Positions 50,090-64,000 of a DNA stretch of 64,000 nucleotides are shown piece by piece. The stretch's first letter is position 1. The number at the start of each line of letters is the position of its first letter. Source of the DNA: Sphaerodactylus townsendi (lineage: Eukaryota). The stretch is taken from contig NC_059427.1 of NCBI RefSeq assembly GCF_021028975.2, positions 72,106,001 to 72,170,000 of the forward strand, written 5' to 3'. The notes beneath the pieces are model-generated. The model did no database searches. It saw nothing but the letters and a program-made list of their open reading frames with translations, and was not told where the DNA came from. The position numbers were made by a program, and so were the translations under genes.

Positions 50090-51095
50090 ATATATGAAGG
50101 CACTGGGTGAGGTCATTGAGAGACATGGGCTCAGTTGTCACCAATATGTTGATGACAGTTCTGTCTCATTCTTCCAACTGATCCCAGGGAGCCTGTAGAA
50201 ACCTTGAACCAGTGCCTGGAGACAGTTTGAAGTAAATGAGAGCTAATAAACTGAAGCTTAATACCAACAAGGCAGAAGTGTTATGGGTGAATGGAAAGTA
50301 TGAGGTATCACCTGTTTTGGATGGGGTTTCACTCCCTTTGAAAGAACAAATCCATAATTTGGAGCGCTCCTGGAGGATGCATGTCTACTGCTGTATAAGC
50401 ACGTGTAGCCAGCAGAGCCTTTTACCAGCTTTGACTAGTTAGCCAGCTGACAGAAAAGATCTGGCCACTGTGATGCATGCCCTGGCTAGAATGAGAGAAT
50501 TCTAACCAGGGCATGCACCACAGTGGCCAAATCTTTTTGGTTTCCTATAGATTAGATTACTGCAATGCAATCTGTGTCAGGCAGCCTTGAAAAGAATTCA
50601 CAAACTTCAACTGATACAGAATGCTGTAGCCCGATGTTGACTGGAGTGGGTCACAAGGACCATGTTACTCTGGTCTTGGTTCAGCTACAAATCTGTTTGG
50701 AGCACAATTCAAGGTGCTGGTGTTGTCCTCTGAAGCCCTTCATGGGACCAGCATACTGAAGAACCACTTACTCCTTTATAAACACTAGTCACCTTCTGAG
50801 TCCCTTGAGGTGCCCCTTGGGTGGCAACTTGTGATTAAGGCGTTTTCTCCATGGACAAAATATTCTGGGATAAGGAGGTGAAACATCCTGGTTCGGGCAT
50901 GGCTTCCAGGCCTAACTCGGAACCGCCCTGTAAGATTTCCCTTATCCCATGGCTTTCAAAAAACGATGAAATTGGCAGGTGTTTTTTAAATTGTAAAATA
51001 TGTTTTTTTAAATGTATGTTTTTAATGTGTTATCCACCTTAGTGTCCCTGATGAGGGCAAAAAGACAGGGTATATATTTGGTAAATGAATAAAAT
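50090..51095 (+). mobile_element. Degraded L2 LINE fragment
   Basis: HQYVDD, LKLNTNKAEV and RLDYCNA remnants; AT-rich tail. Confidence 0.7.
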
Positions 51096-52699
51096 AAATG
51101 GAGGGGAGTTACAACCACAAATGTGTTGAAGACAACAGAAGTGGTGTTACATTTATCTCTTAATATGACTAGTTTTACTTTCGGCATTCAAGTTTTAAAA
51201 GTGAGTTATCAAGTGATATATTACATTGATCAAGAACCTTTTCTTTGTACACCTCTACTGTTTACTGGCCTCACAGTGAAAATTTTTCACGCACATACCA
51301 CTCTAGCTTCTTAACCATCAACCAAAGTTTCTGTAGAAATGTTCTGGTTAAATGCTATCAAAAACATTCTGAAACACCATATACAGTATAGAAAAGTCCA
51401 TCAGATCACTCCCTCGTTATGTTGTATGGATGATAAGACAGAAGAGTATAACCAAATAGTCTTCTGATAATTTCTTTATACTTTGCTGACACACTTTCTT
51501 TGCCATTTCTCTTCAGAACCACTAAGCCTGTGTTGGACAGAGAGAGTGGCAGCTGTCAATCTTCATAAGTGTGTACAGAAATTCTGCTCCCTGTCTCTTA
51601 ATCACCTTGAAAGTTGTATGTTTGGAACAGTGATGTACAGGACAAAGAATATAACCAGTAGTTAGGGAGAAAGACCCCCTTCCTTAGGAAAGCCTAAAAC
51701 AACACTAGCTGACATTCAGCTTAGTAGTTAAGCAATCTCATTTGTATCATGAATGTTTGTTTTGCTCTTTACCTTCCTTGCAACCTGCATGTTTAGCAAA
51801 GCAGCTCACATAGGATCCCCAGGTGCCCTGTGCAGCCACTGATCAAAACTGCTTAGCATCACTGATGCTGCACAACATAAACCCTATAGAACCATGGCTT
51901 AGGTCCCTATGCTATATGCTCACAATTGTCATTTGCACCATATAGGTGATATTTTTCTCTTTTGCCTTTTAACAGTCTGCAATGCATTCACCTCAAATTA
52001 CATGAATGTATGCTTCTGCTTGTCAAACAGCTTGGCTATCTCACTGAGAAATACTGTTTTATTCAGTAACTACCAAACCGTGCTTCAGACCAGTTCTGAA
52101 TATTTACAGCTCGCCTCAATCTTGTAAGTTTACTGGGAAACAGCCTTGCTCTGAACGAACTCCAGCTAAGTAGGCGCAGGACTACAGCCTTAGCCTTCAG
52201 GTCAAACAAAACCCGGTGGCATTTTAAAGACTAACAAAATGTATTCCATCATAAGCTTTTATGAGTCAGAGCTCTATTTAGGCAATGTGTGGATGGTGCT
52301 ACTGGACTTCTATGTTATTTTGCTGCTAAAAGCTAACAACATAGCTACCCCTATGAAGTCTTCAAGTAAGTGATCTTGCTTATTATTATTTATAGAAAGC
52401 TAAACAGAAACCTGCCTCTTGTCTCTTAGCACCCACAATTTTGAGGTGCAAAAAGCTTGAATGAGCTCCTTCATTTTGTTTTACTATGCTCCTAGACTGC
52501 ATAAATGCTGTTTCAAGGAAGTCAATGTATATTTAATACAATAACAACCAGTTAGTTAAGGAATCTTTCTGCTAAAATTAATACTCGATTAAATTAGTTT
52601 CGTTTTAGTTTTTCCCCCCAGTATCAATATTTGCCAAGTGCAAACCTCAGTTCAACCCATGGCATTGTCTGCATCCCTCCTCCTCGGGGCAAAGAAGCA

Positions 52700-54180
52700 A
52701 AGCTGGACCTCGACAGACTGGAGAGCGGGAGAAGGCGCGAAGGAAGCAACCGCTCTCGCGCTTCAAAGGGGACGGGGGGAAGCTGACCCCACCCGCCCGG
52801 CTAGCCAGTCTACGTTGTCGAGGAGCTGGCAGAGTCCAGTCTGCCACTCTGGCCAACAAGCCTGTTCCGAAATCACTTGCTAACGCTGCTTTGGCCAAGC
52901 CGGAGCAGCGCTCAGTCCGAGATCGGCAAGCCTGCCACCCCAAGGTCGAAATCTATACGAGGAGCTCAGCTGCACCCACAGCGCACGGCACGCTCCGTTT
53001 CCCGCCAGCGTCGGCCGGCCAAGCCCTCCCTCCCTCCCTCCCCCTCCGTCCCTCCCTCAGTCTGGCAATTACTGTCTCGCTCCACCAGGGTGTTTCGTCG
53101 CCGCGCGCTTCACTCGCGCCCCGCTTGCAGCCGCTTCTCGCTTTCTGCTCTCCTCCGCGCGCGCACCTGCCAAGAAGCCCGTGCCCAGGAGGCGAGGCGG
53201 GGCCAGGACGGGGCGAGACCTCGCGAAGACTGGACGGACGGCCGCCTGCGGGGAGGGACGCTGCCTAGCTGGCCGCGGCGCTGACAGCAGCCCAGACCCC
53301 GCTGTCCAAGGGGAACATGTGAGCTCCCCCCAGGGACCAGCTCTGAACTGAGCGACCCCCGCAGTGCCGCCTCTGCTCCCGCCGACATGGGACTCCCCCT
53401 GCTTCTAGGACTGCTGTTCTCCCAAACCGGTAATGGGCTAGGGCGCCGGTGGTTTGTCCTGACGGGTCCCCTGCGCGTCTCAGCCCCGTCCTCTGGGCAT
53501 GCATGCTTGCCGGGATGGTAATTCCGCTGCCTGCGCGGAGATTTAGGATTGCGCTGCGGGGGCCTCTCGGCATGGCGCGTAGGGGTGTGTGTGTGTGTGT
53601 GAATTCAGAGCATTGGGCACAGGGGGTGCTTTCCAAAGAGGAACCCCCCCGCCGGCTTTCTGGTGCAGGTTAGAGCTCTGGCTTGGGTTATTTGCCTGGT
53701 TTCCCCTCGGACTGTTCTGTTCATCTCCTTTCTCTGCTCTCCCTTTGCAAACGCAAAGAGAATCCTTTGGCTGCAAACCTGGTCGCCGCTTCCTAGGAGG
53801 TAAGCCCCACAACGAGACTTGCTTCCGAGAAAGTGGATGGAAGTGGGCTGTGAAACGCAGTCCCGAGTTGACCTCTGTGGCTCGGATCTGCCGGCGATGA
53901 CCTGGAACCCTGTTCGGAAGCTGATGGGATTGTTTGCGAGCGCCGGGAGTGGAAGTAGGGGTCGGGGAGCGCTGAGCGTCCCATCCCGCGGCTTCCGAAA
54001 GGAGAGGGAAAGTTCCTTCCGTGTGGACCACGTAGCTGTTTTACAGCAAGGTTCATTTCCCAGCAGTTTTCCGTCGAAGAAACTTTCAGCAAGTTCATTC
54101 CCAGCCATCTCAAGGATGTTTTCCTTGGCTGACATGCTAGAACTTATTTTCTAACGCGCAGAAGCGACTTGCAACAGGGC
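52700..54180 (+). promoter_or_regulatory. GFRA3: CpG island spanning the GFRA3 promoter and exon 1
   Basis: High GC and CpG density surrounding the GFRA3 start codon. Confidence 0.8.
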
Positions 54181-56289
54181 AGTTTTACTCCATGTTTTGA
54201 AGGATGTTTTTACACGTGATGCTTAATTATTTACTTCGCTTGTACCCCATCCTTTTCCACAGTGGAGACCAATGGCAGCTTACCTTATTCTCCTCTGCTC
54301 CATTTTGTTCTCAAACAACCCTGCGAGGTAGGTTAGGCTGAGAGTATGTGACTGGCCCAAGGTCACCTATCAAGCTTCTATAGCAGAGGAAGGATTCAAA
54401 CCTGAGTTTCCTAGATCCTACTCGGACACTTCAACCACTGCATCATGCTGACTTTCAGGTTTTGGCATTTTTAGAGAATGTCATTTAAAAAAATAATAAT
54501 GTGCAAAGCTGGTGTAGAACTTTGCTTTGCTTATGTCTGTAACCTGACTCCATGTTGGCTAGAATGTGCATTTGATTTAAAATTGCTTCTCCGCTTGTGA
54601 TTTTATACTTGTCCTTAAGGTCGGGAAAGCAACTAGGATTAGCTATCTCCATTTAGGTCTGCCTGAGACATTCCAAGAGGAATCTGGGTGGCTGCTCCTG
54701 TTAGATTTAGAGTCCTGGTTTTAAAAGATCATATATAGCAAGATCTTAATTTAATGCAGAACAAAGAGAAGAAGGCTATTTTTAACTCAAGCACACATTC
54801 TAGCAAGAAATACAAAACACTTTTAGGGTAATTTTATATATGGTGATGACAGCAGTACTGTTGTCTTTGTATTTCCCATATATCCATAATGCAAATATAA
54901 AACATACACCGGCTAGAATAGCAGCCTTCTGCTTTCCTTCCTTCATTAACAGCCCTGACATTTCAAGCCATTAACTGTGCATCCGTGGAGTTTTGTTGTG
55001 CGTGGAAGCACCATTCTAGATTAACATGTTCAGAAGAGACAAGTCCCAGATTAAAATAACATGAAACATGTATATTACAGTATTTATTCAAACACAGGGG
55101 TTTTTTCACAGGTATGCCGTATAGAAAGAAGAGAACTTACATCGATGCACAAGCCAATAATATTATTGTGTGTGTGTGTGATATTTTAAGGGAAACATCT
55201 TACATTCATGTGTCTTCCTTTCAAATATCCTGTCTATATCTAGTATGGTGTTGTTTTTGTAAACTTTATTAGAATCTTACATTTGAGGAAAAACAAGAAA
55301 ACAAAAGTTTAAGCAAGACTATAATCAACTGCATGTTTACTTGACAGTAAGTCCACTAAACTAATGGGACTTACTTAAAGGAAATATATATTGCACGGTT
55401 AACAGCGTTTGCAAGGAAACCAGGTATTTTCCTACAATGACACAGGATTGTGAAATAGTATTTTAATCTAGGAATAAAATATAAACCAGGATGCAATTAT
55501 AAAATTCATTTTTAGGATTAGTTATTTAGTTAAGTATTTCTTCCCACTCGGGCTCAAAGTAGCTGACAAAAAATGTAAACAATAAAAAAAGGTGTGTAAT
55601 ATAATTTTAGCATCCTCCTGGGCTGTTTCTGAATCCACTGGCCTGGCTCATGCAGGGCCACAGAATACCTTAGGCTCAAAGCACTGGCTAGAACCCAGGT
55701 TTTTAATACCTGTAACAGAAGTTCAGCCCAGTTCACCCTCATTTGTTCCCAAGAGTCCCCTCTTTTGTTGAAAGTGTCTTTGGCTACATTCAGATTTAAC
55801 TATTCGTCACACTCACTGCTTTTCACAGACTCTGTGTAGTCACGTGTCTAACCATATGTAGTGAGGTGAGTGATTACTACTCACTATCATAAGAAGCAAA
55901 GCATAATTACTACTATAGCACTGACTGTGTTGTTAGAACCGTATTCAGTAGTATTCAGTTTGTCAGCCTTTGCTCCCATATTGAAATGATGTAAGAAATC
56001 TCAGTGACCATCCTTTTTCCCCTTCAGCTTTGCACAGGGCAGTAGTAAATAGTGTTATAGGTTGTTTTACAATGCATTTCATGATCATGTTATACTTACA
56101 GTCAGTGGAAGTAATAAGGATTGTGGTCAAAGAAACTGTAGTTTCTCTGAAGCATTTCCATGTTATTTTCATAGTTACAACAGATGCCTACTATTACCCG
56201 TTTTGATATGTTGTGAGCTGTCCTGAGCCCACTAGGAGAAGAGCAGGTTACAAGTCTAAATATCATTATTGATAATAATAGTAGTAGCA

Positions 56290-56346
<57 letters not shown>

Positions 56347-59300
56347 TATTCTTGGTAGCTGTCATGAACACACTAGCATGTCATGTGGTAGATCATAAAT
56401 AAAAATATAGCGTTGTTAAATTACTTATGGCCATGGTTTGTCAGAAGAGAAAAGCTTGTGACTTCTGAATGGTATGGATATTATGGATTAATGAGCCCTT
56501 TGGGAACAGAAGTGTTTGCATTTAGGAAAACTGATGTAAGCTTCTTTGATCATGAGAGATGTAAATCAAAGTTATACAATGGCTTTTATCTATGAAATGT
56601 CAAGTGTGGTGTGTGAATGAACTTTTCTTTTACATGTGTCTGGACAAACCTTGAGTGATTGAGTCTATGCTAAGAGTCTCCTGAGGAGTTAACTCACAAT
56701 AAAATATCTTTGTTACAATGCCTTTCTGAACAGGGCCATTTAATTTTTGGGAAAGCTTGTAAATTTGTAATAGGAAGAGTGTAAGTTAATATGCGATGGT
56801 AAACCCAATTGTGTGTGTAGGGGGGGTGGCATGGTGGATGTGAACATATATGCTCAAGAATAGACCAAAAGTTGTATGCACTAAGAATTCAAAAGCAGTT
56901 TTAGCTCTGCGACTGTCATATATCCAGTCATTTCCCCACCCCTTGCATTCAGGTACAGAGAACACTGTGGTAATTGACCAGAAAATAAGTTTATTGGCTT
57001 GTGACTTTTGTGAGATCTTAGTTATGATATGGACATCTGGCTGCATTATCCTTTTTGAAAAATCACAGTATCATGCCCTAAGAACATGTTTGGAGTGTCA
57101 AATTCTTAGATCTTTTAGAAAGTAAAAACCCACTGATTTGCTGGGCCATGCAGGATGCCCCACCAAAAAGTTAATTTCATCTGAATTCAACACCAAAAAC
57201 CCAATTTTAACGTTGGCTGTTTCCACATGGATTATTTGTCCCAGATTTAATACTGTTGGGAAATAGGATTTTTCCCTTCTTCCTCACAGCATAATGATGC
57301 ATTCATTTTCTCATCTTTTTTCACTCTTCCCAAATTTTCTACAGGTTGAAATTTTGAAATGCTGAAATTTTGGGAACCAAAGCCCAAATGGCTGCTGTGG
57401 GGGCGGGGGAGGGGGTTGGATTTCTTGCTTACACAGCAGCCATTTTCCCTACCTTCTCAGTGGACATTTCTTTCCTATACCATTGGAGGCTCCCCCACCC
57501 ACCCCCATGGCTTTCCAAACTTTCCCTTCCTGTTTCATAGCTGAGCCATAGTATAATGTTGCAGCTCTGCTGTGAAAGGGGGTGGAGGAATGTGGAGCTT
57601 TTCTCTGCAATTTGAAGGAAGAACATAGAATACAGAAGCCACATCTTGTACCTGGATTGGACACAATGTGGTATAGATCATCCCAAATAGAGTGGGGACA
57701 ATCTGCTGACCACATAGGGAGAGATAGCCCATGATACAATGAAATGTATGCAGGTGCAGATTGGAAGGCTAAAACAGCTGTAGCAAAAGACCCAGCACAT
57801 CAATGGAAGGAGGAGGGAGAAAGAGCTGGCAGAAAGAAGTCTCCTGGTTTGCCTCTCTGCCTTGTAAAGAGTATGGACTGCCACATTGTACCCACCTACC
57901 TTGTACAGAGTAGGGGTTGCTGCTACAAGCTTGTATGACTCATGCCTGCCTCACACAAGATGGGTCGCTGGCTTGTAGTGGCCTGCCCTGCATGAAATGG
58001 GAGCCAATACCTTGTGGCAGTGGCTTTCATAGTGGCAGTGCCCCCTACCCATCTTCCTCATGCGAAGTAAGAAATGTTGGATCATAGTAGCTTCCATCTG
58101 CCTTGCATGGGGGCCAACCTGCTTGAAGTGAGTTTTGCCTCATTCAAGGCCAGGGTGGACACAGCTGGGAGGGAGAGCTCCCTCAGCATACCAGGGCTTG
58201 TCTTGATGGCTTTCAGGATCAATCCACCTATGAATGCATTCATTTTTATTAGTCCACATTTAAAACTTTGAAAATACTTTTGAAGTCGTTGAATGGTACT
58301 TGTCAATCCATGTTAATATTTGGAAAAATAATGTCTAGGCACCTCTCAGTAGGCCATTACTGAAATAATGGAACATGATCAGGTGAATGCCCTCAGGATG
58401 AATTTGTAACACGTAAACACCTTTCTCTATGTGGACAGGAGGCCTTCTTGCTCATTCCATTGAACAGCTGAACAGCTGTATAACAGCCGAGAACCTCTGT
58501 CTGGCCGACCCTGTCTGCAATGCCACCTATCGGATTCTGGGAACCTGTTCCCATTCCTATGCTAAGAACAGTTTCTTCACACTGGACCATGGAGCCTGGA
58601 ACAAATGCCTGCAGGCAGAAACCGTTATTAGAAACAGCCATTTTCAGGAATGCAAGTGTCAGCGCCGCACACAAAAGCAGGAGGAGCACTGCCTGCGCAT
58701 CTATTGGACTGTGCATTCCACTGTCTCAAAAGGTGAGGGAAGCTTTAATTATCTTTAGAGGGAAGCTTTAGAGGGAAGCTTTAGTTATATGGCTTGGTAG
58801 TATCACCAGCATCCTTCCTCTAGTGGTGGAGGGCAGGGAGTGAGGATGGAATTTTGTGACCCAAAACAATACCTCAGATCCAGGAAGAAGAGAATCTTAC
58901 TAACACTTGTTCCTCATTCTGGATTAGATTGATGAACTGTTTATTCCAGTACTGTCTAGCAGTAGCTCTCCAAAGTCTGTTTTAGAAGATTTTTTCCCAG
59001 CTCTACTACTTACAATGTTTTTAACTAAAGGCTCCCATAACTAAAGACTCCAAGGGTTGGGCCTGAGACTTACAAAGCACTGAGATGTAACTATTCCCAT
59101 AAAAGCTCAAGCTACAACAAATCTATAAGTCTATGACGGCCCATTATGCCCAAGATGTTTGCTGCATGGTGGAGACAAATGTCAGGTATGGCAAGATTCC
59201 TTGTATGAATGTATTTCCTCCAGCCCTGCTTTCACTTTCCCCTCTCTCTGTGGCAAGCAAATCCAATTATAGCATGATTTTAATATTGCTACGCTACCAG

Positions 59301-62300
59301 AGCAGGACAGATTTGCCAGTGGGCACAGCTTTGCCCTGGACCTCTTCCCTCTGCTGTGAGTCAGCCCACCTAGTCTAACCCGACCTTTACTCCCTTGCAC
59401 TGCTTTGCACGCTTCCCCCTTGCCCTCCGCCCTCCTCTTGCAGTACTACTAAAATCCCCTCGCTTTGTACAAAAAAAGAGGCTCTCATGACTGCTATTGC
59501 TCTGTTTAAAAGAAGAGTGCCAAAGCTAAATGAAGCATATGCCAGATGCTACTGGGCAAGACTGAAGACCTAGCTATACATCATACTTTTTCAGGTTTGC
59601 CACAAGTTTTATGTATAGCTGTGCCCTGGAAGTTCTGTTCTGAAAATTAATTCTCAGACACATGAAGGGCCAATGCTTATCTAGAGAATAAACGGTCTGT
59701 CTAGCTGTCCCTTTAATATCAGTTTGATGCACAGCAGTTATGCCATTTACCGACATCTGTAAGATGTACCTACATCTGTAAGAAGCTTCACTTTTCCATT
59801 TCCACACATTAAACATTCGTTAAAGAGGCAGAATTTTTTTACCCTACCCTATGTGAAGAGAGGTACGTTAAGACTCTACCTATACCATTTTCCCAACATG
59901 AAACAGCCTGTGTCCTTTTTAACCCCCTTTTTCAGTTACCCCTCTCAACTGCTGTGGCTGATTCTTCTTTCTTCCCTCTCACAGAAGATCCGTAACCTAC
60001 CATTGGTTTGAGTCATTAGGAATTTGTAGCAGTGATCATTTAATACCCCCCTCCAAAAGCCACACATTACAACATGCATGTTTGGCTCAGACTTGCATCA
60101 GCCAATCCAAAATAGCCATAAGTTCAAGGCTATCCAAGTAGCCAAAGCTAATGTGTATGGAGGAAACAGTGGAAAAATATTACTATAGGATGGGGCATCC
60201 ACTCTGTTCCTCCACTAAAGCCTGTGATGGTTGCTGATCATGGTTGCATCTGATCATGGCCTCCATGTACAACAATGGCACTCAGCAACTACTGGAGAAA
60301 GAGCAGCATAGGCTACCAATCCAAGCTATGAGTAATTGAAAAAATCATTGAGAGTTCAGCTCCTATGCCAATGTCTCTGCTGTACATCACTTAGAGTACA
60401 TAGTAGTTTTTCTCATGAGAAGGCTTTTCGGCTCGCTTTTGAAACTTCAGAAAAGCTGTGCTCTCACCCCTAATGTTGTAATCCTACATGCTGAGTCTAC
60501 TCCTTTGAACCATAATGAAAATAAATCTAAGAAAAGTAGACTAAATGTTTTAATATTTGCATTTACTTAGATCCCATTCCAACTTAAGTGCTTTGTATTG
60601 TTTGATATTAGGATGAATGGTAGATTGAAGCATTGTTCTCCTGCCATATCTGCAAATTATAATATGAACATCTGCTTAGAAGGCTGGCAAAACAAAGTCT
60701 AGCGCTGAAGAGTTAGTTAAATGGTGGCACTAAAGCTGAACGTAGCTTAGATTTTTCTCCCCTAATTAATCCACAAACCAGTAGAGTTCTTGCAGTTTAC
60801 CTGTGATATGAGTTGTTTTGTAAAGTACTTTGATGAGGTCAAGAAAGCTAATTGTTTGGGAATCTTATTTTGACAGTGTTGTTCCAGAAGCCCCAAATAA
60901 GGTTAAACTTTTTAGACCACGGGGATCAATTTTCAGAGTAGGCACAACAGAAGCTATCCTTCAAATCCAGGGAATATTGCTGAAAATAAGAGAATTTGAG
61001 AAGTTTGGAAGAGAACTGAGAGGAAACTAATGTCTGGTAAATAAATGAAAAAAGAGTCACTTCTTGCCAAGTAATGAGATATTTTTATTGGAATTTGGGG
61101 AAACAATGTAGCTCTTACAGTTGCCTCTCTCTGGAGCATTTAGAAAAAATTAAACTGCTTCTACTCTAGCCTTTTGTCCATCATCTACACTGATTGTTCA
61201 CTCAGTCATTCTAGAGATGTCAGAGGAGGTCACTGTCATTATATTCTAGTATTTTCTGTGCTGCCCTGTCTTTGCAAAGACAGTTTGTTTTGGTGATTCT
61301 TCTGACTTCCAATATAATTGTAGTTCTAGCCTTTCATACAGGGACTGGAAAAATGTTGTTAATTCATCTAGCCGTGTTTGGTCTTGAAACCATTAGTTAT
61401 GTATTTATGAAGACCTAACTTTCTGCATTATTTGTCCTGCGCTTACTGGTTGCAAATTCTGCAGTCAAGGAACATTACTAGATGCAATCCCGCCCCCCAA
61501 CAACCTTGCTTCCTGCCAAACAACATTTTAACCCTACAAAAGGAATCCCTTTCCTGATTGCATTCAACAGCTTGACTGTATTTTTTCTTTATGCTTTACA
61601 TTTTCACTTTATCTTTATGCTGAAGTGCAAGTCCACAAAAAAAATGTTCATACTTCTGTGCTTGGGTTCACTACAGATGGTATGGTAATACATCACCCAT
61701 TTTGCCTTTCAGGACAGGCATTATGAGACTGTAATGGGGACCACCATCCTATATTACTGGATAAAACTATAATGCCATACCCATTTCTGGCTGATAGGGG
61801 AAGACAAATGCCTTGGTGTTGCTTTGATACACATTGTAGGAACATTAATGTATCTTTCACTTTACATAGGCGACTTTAATTTGGAGATGTCACCCTATAA
61901 GAATGTAGTAAGTGAAGAGTCCTTGAAGATGGACTACAACAAGCTGGCAAGTCAGGTTCCAGGTAGAGTTCATACATTTTATCATTTTTCTCCTTCAGGA
62001 GCTACTTATTGGGATACATTTAGGGAGGAAAAAATTTAGGGAGGAAAAAAATTAAGAATATTGATGCTAGAAAGCTAGAAGCAGACTTGTGGAGCAGAGA
62101 GAGTGGGTCTGCACAGAAGATAGTGTCATCTGATTCTCTGTGGGTTATATACAAAGCTACCCAGAAGAAGAAGGCACATTAAAGAATTACAGGAACAGAA
62201 TTGGAAGATGATTGGTTAAATAGAGTAACTGTTCTATTGTGAACCAAATAATTTTTAGTAATATTTGGGTGCTTTGTAATTGTCAAGATACAATAGATTT

Positions 62301-63061
62301 TTTTCCCATTTTAACATTTTTGCTGGATCAGTGATTTAAGCTGTATTGAAATGATAAAATAATGTTGTGAAACTGTCCACTAGATTGTATCCATGATTTT
62401 ACTCTGAAAAATCTAATCTAACTCTTGCTTAGCTTGTGACAAAGCAGTAAATAAGTAATGGAATAATTAAGGACTCATTTTTTTAAAAAATCTGAATCTG
62501 CTGGTTTCCAATGCTTCAAGAGTTGTTAGGGATTTAGGAGAACATTATTTCAAATGCTCTGTGCTATTTTGTACTTCTAGATCTTTTTTTTTTTTAAAAA
62601 AACCATCCTTTCAATAGTGAAGAACTTGATGGAAATTGTCCAATTGTCTTATTTAATTTTCCCCTGGGAGATCGCTACTGGAACTGGGTCTATTAAACCT
62701 TGTATTGTTGTAATTTTGCAGAGTCCCATTTAGTTGGGGACACAACAAATCCCTGCCTGCAAGTTGCTCAAGTTTGTAGCCTGAATCGTAGGTGCAGACG
62801 TCTTCGTTCAACATATGTTTCTAACTGCAGCCCAAAGGATGGGCACGCCTGCAATCAACGCAAATGCCACCGAGAACTGAGGCATTTCTTTGGGAAAGTT
62901 GATATGGATTTCACCAAGAGATTTCTCTTTTGCTCCTGTCAAGATGAGTTCTGTGGAGAGCGACGCAGGAAAACGATTGTCCCAGATTGCTCCTTCCAAG
63001 GCAGTACTCAGCCAAACTGCCTTGTCCTGTTGGACACATGCCTGAAAGATTATATTTGCAA
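53387..63061 (+). CDS. GFRA3: GDNF family receptor alpha-3 (artemin co-receptor), first four coding exons; continues beyond the window
   Basis: Exons 53387-53429 (signal peptide MGLPLLLGLLFSQT, Kozak GACATGG), 58439-58732 (Cys-rich D1, CLRIYWTVH), 61870-61962 (LEMSPY linker), 62722-63061 (D2, CGERRRKTIVPDCS). Phases are compatible; adjacency to CDC25C supports the GFRA3 paralog. Confidence 0.92.
54230..54450 (-). mobile_element. Older tRNA-derived SINE in GFRA3 intron 1
   Basis: TGTGACTGGCCCAAGGTCACC core and GGATTCAAACC (reverse B box). Confidence 0.6.
56272..56346. repeat. (AAT)n microsatellite
   Basis: Long AAT run with a short AGT-interrupted lead-in. Confidence 0.95.
59137..59430 (+). 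repeat. Interspersed repeat, second copy of 30200-30490
   Basis: Direct similarity to 30200-30490. Confidence 0.7.
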
Positions 63062-64000
63062 GTAGGTCTGGCATTGGGGGTACTGGGATGGCTGTAAACA
63101 GTAAGTTAAACATCCCATGTCATGTGGGCACCTAGGTTCTAAAGTGTACCTTAAACTTGGCGAAGTAATAAAATAAGCAAATGAAAATGTACTGTGTGAA
63201 GGGACTAACCATTATGCAGAACTGTATAAAATGCATCCTTTCAAATGCAAACTGTAGATTTTTGGGGGATAATGATATCTATTCAATAAAACTGTTATTT
63301 AGATCAGGGATGAGCAACTTCTTCAGTCTGGCAAAGCTACTTTATTCCCCAAATAGTTGTTGGTGAGTCAGAAATGCTCAACTGCACCATTAACATTTGC
63401 ACCATGTGTCAGTAACAGGTTCATACATATGAAGTTTATTTCCTTTTACATTAGTCTTTTTAGTGTTGCTGGCACGAGACTCATCTGCCATCAACCAGGT
63501 GTGCATCCATCATCATATGCAAATGCATATATTTACATATTATATAAAATATTAATGAACAATGCTGTACAGTATTAAAGTGTGAGATTTCAATTTTGTA
63601 TTATCTGAAGAAATTTTTGATAGGGCTACCAGGAACCATGCTCTGGGAACCATGTCCAACCCACAGGCTGCTGGTTGCCCATCTCTAACTTAGCATTGCT
63701 CTGAAGTTACAGGATGTGCTATATATTTGTTTGTTTGGGTTTGGGCTTTTTTACATGCTTCTGGTCCCATACTGCTTTGATTTATTCCTCAATTTTCTGT
63801 ATGCATTTTTGTGCCTTTAATTTTCCTTTGGGTGTTTTGTTGTTCTCTCCCCCACCTTGACTGTTTTCTTCTGGCTCTTTTGAGGCCACTTTTACCCCCA
63901 TTTTTTTTCTGGAAGCTGATTCTGAGTTGACTTTTTTCTAATGCATAATATTTCTATCAGTTTTCTTTGTCCTTCCTACTCCCATAACCTCACTTTTCAA

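Noticed and set aside
52200-52330. Second Penelope-type remnant that might carry a hammerhead
   Set aside because: The CUGANGA core is missing.
52638-54154. Multiple 80-176 aa ORFs around the GFRA3 start
   Set aside because: CpG-island artefacts; the true coding part of exon 1 is only 43 nt.
56102-56371. Poly-Leu ORF resembling a signal or transmembrane peptide
   Set aside because: Translation of the (AAT)n microsatellite.
63873-63889. GGCTCTTTTGAGGCCAC, resembling the histone 3' stem-loop
   Set aside because: Does not form the 6-bp stem/4-nt loop, has no upstream histone ORF, and lies in a GFRA3 intron.

Overview
Vertebrate genomic DNA, most likely a squamate reptile and probably a gecko (inferred from the SINE/CR1/L1/Penelope repeat set). 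Spliced genes were reconstructed by eye from GT-AG boundaries and protein similarity. In order: the 5' end of FAM53C (minus strand, CpG-island promoter ~9.0-9.7 kb); an oocyte-type histone stem-loop binding protein gene SLBP2 (minus, ~10.7-15.3 kb) that the ORF track shows only in fragments; CDC25C (plus, 15994-31695) head-to-head with SLBP2 across ~670 bp; and the first four coding exons of GFRA3 (plus, from 53387). Mobile DNA includes a full-length ~6.0 kb L1 with target-site duplication, CR1 and L2 fragments, tRNA-derived SINEs, two hAT elements with perfect TIRs/8-bp TSDs, and Penelope-like fragments, one with an intact minimal hammerhead ribozyme in a CDC25C intron. The most interesting points are the SLBP2/CDC25C divergent pair, the hammerhead-bearing palindromic insert, a possible non-canonical splice donor in SLBP2, a uATG-dense FAM53C leader and two pre-miRNA-sized hairpins. 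No database searches were run; family names come from recalled motifs.
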